From NCBI RefSeq assembly GCF_009914755.1, contig NC_060936.1: a stretch of 64,000 bases of DNA; one strand, written 5' to 3'. Below are positions 58,391 through 64,000 of the stretch, piece after piece (position 1 is the stretch's first letter; each line of letters begins with the position of its first letter). A program made the position numbers and the translations under genes. This DNA comes from the human T2T-CHM13v2.0 reference genome, Homo sapiens. Under the pieces are notes generated by a model that worked only from the letters and a program-made list of their open reading frames with translations, made no database searches and was not told the origin of the DNA.

Positions 58391-58618
58391 TTTATTTCCT
58401 GTTCTTTTCATTTTATATTGTAAACTTTGTCTCATCATCAAATATGACTTTTTTTTCTTTTTTTTTTTTTTTTTGAGACAGAGTCTTGCTCTGTCGCCAA
58501 GGCTGGAGTGCAGTGGCACAATCTTGGCTCACTGCAACCTCCACCTCTCAGGTTCAAGTGATTCTTCTTGAATCCCAAGTAGCTGGGATTACAAGCATCC
58601 ACCATCACATCTGGCTAA

Positions 58619-59503
<885 letters not shown>

Positions 59504-60672
59504 TGAGGTCAGGTGTTTGAGACCAGCCTGCCCAACATGGCAAAATCCCGTCTCTACTAAAAACACAAAAAATTAGGCAGCTGTGGTGGCAGGCACCTCT
59601 AATCCCAGCTACTTAGGAGGCTGAGGCAGGAGAATCGCTTGAACCCAGGAGGCAGAGGTTGCAGTGAGCTGAGATCACCACCGCACTCCAGCCTGGGCAA
59701 CAAAAGCAAAACTCCATCTCAAAAAAAAAAAAAAAACCAACAATGTGTAGCTCATTCTAGCCTAATTATCTAACTAAAGCTGTAAATATTTACATTTAAC
59801 CCTGTAATCCATCTGTAATATACTGAGGTACAAGGTAAGGTAAGGAAGGATCCAGCTGTACTTTTTCCTTACAGTTAACCAATCACATAGACAGGTTTTT
59901 CTAATCTGTTTGAAATTCATCTGCAGAGGTAATTCCGTAAATTTTTTTTTTTTTTTTTGAGACGGAGTCTCACTTTGTCACCCAGGCCAGAGTGCAGTAG
60001 CGCAATCTTGGCTCACTGCAACCTCCGCTCACCGCAACCTTCACCTCCCGGGTTCAAGCGATTCTCCTGCCTCAGCCTCCCGAGTAGCTGGGATTACAGA
60101 CGGGCATCACCACACCCGGCTAATTTTTGTGTGTGTGTTTTTTTTAGCAGAAACAGGGTTTCACCATGTTGGTCAGGCTGCTCTCAAACACCTGACCTTG
60201 TGATCCGCCTGCCTCAGCCTCCCAAAGTGCTGGGATTACAGGCGTGAGCCACCATGCCCAGCCTCCATCACTTTTGTCTAGATATAAACATTACATCTTT
60301 CTGCAGAAAGCTCATAACAAAATTAGGGAAAAGTAGAAAAATAGAGCAAAAACTAAAAATTCTATGCTGAAAATAACACAGAAAAATGTTCAGATTATGT
60401 GTCCAAGAAAATGAAAAAATATGGCTGAAAAGCATCCATAAGAAATGTTTGGGCTGGGCGTGGTGGCTCACACCTGTAATCCCAGCACTTCGGGAGGCAG
60501 AGGTGGCGGTGAGCTGAGATTATGCCACTGCACTCCAGCCTCAGTGACAGAGTGAGACTCCGTCTCAAAAAAAAGAAACAAAAAAGAAATGTTTGGGGCA
60601 CGCTGGTTCATGTCTGTAATCCCAGCACTTTGGGAAGCCAAGGCAGGTGGATCACCTTAGATCGAGAGTTCA

Positions 60673-60858
<186 letters not shown>

Positions 60859-61406
60859 CTAGCCTGGGCAACAGAGTAAGACTCTGTCTCAAAAACAACA
60901 AAAAAAGAGAGAAGTGTTTGGAGCAAAGTGTATTAATATCTGCAACTGGAAATATATATCAAAAAATAAGATGAAATGGTGGCTGAATAGAGAGTGGTTA
61001 GATAAGTAATAAATAGAACAAAAATATTAATTGTAGAATCGAGGTAATAGGTATGGGTAATTACCATACACTGCTTTTCAGGCTCTCTTTATGTTTGCAA
61101 ATGTCTATAATAAAATGTTGAGAGAAGGGTTAAATCACAGGGTTTTAGGCTGTTAGTCACATACCATTACTAAATGAAACCTGGATTATAACTTTAATAG
61201 AAAAATAAAATCACACACAAAATAGGAAGGGGCACAGAGCTACAAGTGCTTCGTTAGTGAGGCAGAGGGGACCAAGAGTAAAGGCTGACACAGACTGACC
61301 AACAAACCTATGCACATAACGGGCCTATGCCACGACACACATCACAGGACTAGACACATCACAGGACTAGAACAGAAGTTCATGATAAATTACAGAATTC
61401 ACATAC

Positions 61407-61473
61407 CTGTTGAGAAAGAAAAAATTCTGCTTGTTTTTGGGACAGAGGCCCACTGCAAGATACCTCCTCTTCT
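61407..61473 (-). CDS. ANAPC5: ANAPC5 coding exon 5 (R|EEEVSCSGPLSQKQAEFFLSQQ)
   Basis: Translation matches APC5 as I know it; acceptor tttttccag, donor GTATGT; 67 nt (1+22 codons). Upstream exons lie beyond the window. Confidence 0.95.
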
Positions 61474-61639
61474 CTGGAAAAAATAAAAAAACAAAAATAG
61501 TAAAGAATTACACAAAAGTAAAAATGATAACATTTATAAAATCAGATGGATTCTTGTATCGAAAGAGTTCAAAAAATTTAACTCTCTCCTCAGAACTAGG
61601 AAAGAAAAACATAAAAAGTGATGTTGAGATCAATGCACA

Positions 61640-61980
61640 GAGCCCATAAAGAAGCCCTGGCATGCATGGTCAAATGGTTTTTGGCAACAGTGCCAAGACC
61701 ATTTGATAGGGAAAGGACAGCCTTTCCAACCAATGATGCTGGGAAAACTGCACATCCACATGCAAAAGCATGAAGGTGGATCCTTATCTAACACCATATT
61801 CAAAAATTAACTCACAAGGACTCAAAGACCTCAATGTGAGGCCAAGGACTCAAAGACCTCAATGTGAGGCCAAAAACCGTAAAACTCTTAGAAGATCTTC
61901 CTTCCACCTGCTAGTAATAAAAAATAAATAATACATTTTTAAATAAAAAAAATTAAAAACTCTTAGAAGAAAACATCGAG
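61640..61980 (+). mobile_element. L1 ORF2 3' fragment
   Basis: gtgccaagaccatttgataggga...aaaaattaactca...aaactcttagaagaaaacat. Confidence 0.65.
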
Positions 61981-62061
61981 GAGGCCAAGCGCGGTGGCTC
62001 ACACCTGTAATCCCAGCACTTTGGGAGGCCAAGGCAGGTGGATCACAAGGTCAAGAGATCA

Positions 62062-62259
<198 letters not shown>

Positions 62260-64000
62260 TCAAAAAGAAAAGATCACAAAAAGAAAACAATTGAAATTTT
62301 CCTTTAAAAAAGAACTAAGAAATACATGTAAGTACATCCTATAAAATAAAAAGGTTCTCTAACAAAGTAATTTCTTTTAGACAAAGAATTATAATCATTA
62401 GTTAGATTTAAATATAAAGAATACATTTCTTCAATTTTCACGATGAAATTCAGTTTACTAAATATGCATGATTTTCTGAAACCATATACCTTTATAGAAA
62501 ATATATTGGATTATACATAAATGACTTCTTAGAATAAGATAAAAACAAAAAGATGGAGTTAGACCTAAATAAATCAAGTTAAGAGAAAACCAACCCAAAT
62601 AAGAAAAGTCTGAATTTTAACATTTCTGCAGAAGTGACACTTTGCTACTTTAAGCATATAAAGTAGCTAGAAAAAGGATTACACTGTAGCCTAGAAGCAT
62701 TTCTGAGGGCAACTAACTAAAAGAGAAAGTAGAGAATAATAATAGTTAACATTTCTAGGCACAGTTCTGAATACTTTATATGAATTTATCATTTAATTCT
62801 GACAACCCTCTGGGGAAGGGGTATGAGCCCCATTTTGCAGATAAAGAGCTCAAAGCACAGAAAGGGTGAATAACTTGCCCAAGGTCTCAGAGACCAAAGG
62901 CAGAGGAGCAGCAGGCCAACCTGGGGATCTGACTGCAGAGCCAGACTCTTAACTCCACACTATGTTGTCTTTCCACCAGACAAGAAGCATTTGTAAGGAA
63001 ATGAGTTTTGGGGAGCAGTTAATGGTACTATTATCCTCTTGCTCTCAATATGTGCTGAACAAATCATTTAACAGTACAAAAACTACTCATAGAAAGTGCG
63101 ATAAGCATTCCCCATTTATAAACAATGTCACCCCCTGCCACCCTGGGGATTACAGTAGCCTAACAGCCTGCAATGCAGTAAATAATAAGCTCCCAGGAAA
63201 TGATAAGGTCCCTTGACCACCTCCTTAGGGCAGGTGGGGCTTAATTCTCTCAGAGCTCTGGACAGTGTATCTGTTTACTTGTCAGCCTTCCTCACCAGAT
63301 CACAGGCTCTTTGACATCAGGGAATATGAAATACATACATATCTTTTTGCCTGCAAGTACAAGTAGTTTATTTGGAAGCAATCTCAGATAACAGTAGTTA
63401 GGGAAGGAGAAGTAAAACAGCAAAAGGAAGGACAGTTAATACAAAGTGTGTTACTGGGCCAGTTACCAGTATGGGTGATGGACTATATATTGATTCATCC
63501 AACATTCAGGTACAGAACACATTCTATGAGTCAGGCACTCTACTAAACACTGGGGAAATGTGATCAAACAAGACAGAGAAGGGTCTCAGTTCTCAAGGGG
63601 TGAAGAGGCAGGGGAAACAGATAAGCAAGCAAGCAAGTAAATTAAGAAGGTTACTTAGTAATGAGAGGTATGGAGGAATAAAGAAATAGAAAGTATTTGG
63701 GGCCGAGTGCGGTGGCTCACGCCTGTAATCCCAGCACTTTGGGAGGCCAAGGCGGGTGGATCACCTGAGGTCAGGAATTTGAGACCAGCCTGGCCAACAC
63801 AGTGAAACCCCATCTCTACTAAAAATACAAAAATATTAGCGGGTGTGCTGGTGGGCACCTGTAATCCCAGCTACTTGGTTGGGAGGTGGAGGCAGGAGAA
63901 TCACTTGAACCCAGGAGGTGGAGGTTGCAGTGAGTCAAGATTGTGCCATTGCACTCCAGGCTGGGTGACAGTGAGACTTGATCTCAAAAAAAAAAAAAAA

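Overview
Primate, almost certainly human, genomic DNA from the CAMKK2/ANAPC5 locus (12q24.31, recognised from sequence). Both genes lie on the minus strand. From ~27650 to 64000 lies the 3' part of ANAPC5: 13 coding exons (5-17 by my numbering, 1678 nt, all GT-AG, frame consistent across every junction) encode the C-terminal 558 aa of APC/C subunit 5, followed by two tandem AATAAA signals. The CAMKK2 CpG-island promoter and non-coding first exon lie at ~15700-16760, with a probable alternative upstream 5'UTR exon at ~16932-16980. Positions 1-16030 are CAMKK2 intron 1, and no CAMKK2 coding exon is in the window. The rest is extremely repeat-rich: about 80 Alu elements or fragments by my count, a fragmented ~7 kb L1MB-type element in ANAPC5 intron 15, MER11, MER4-group and MLT1 LTRs, and MER20/MER58/MER5 DNA transposons. 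The most unusual structure is a ~577-bp array at 20367-20943: 9 identical 30-nt Alu 3'-end fragments with variable poly(A) tails, separated by 10 copies of their apparent target-site duplication. Other highlights are a 209-bp AT-rich palindrome in ANAPC5 intron 5, a candidate poison/alternative terminal exon in intron 11, a 76-nt hairpin intron, and an AR/FOXA/HOX13-like motif cluster upstream of CAMKK2. Almost all entries in the ORF track are Alu-, L1- or GC-content artefacts.
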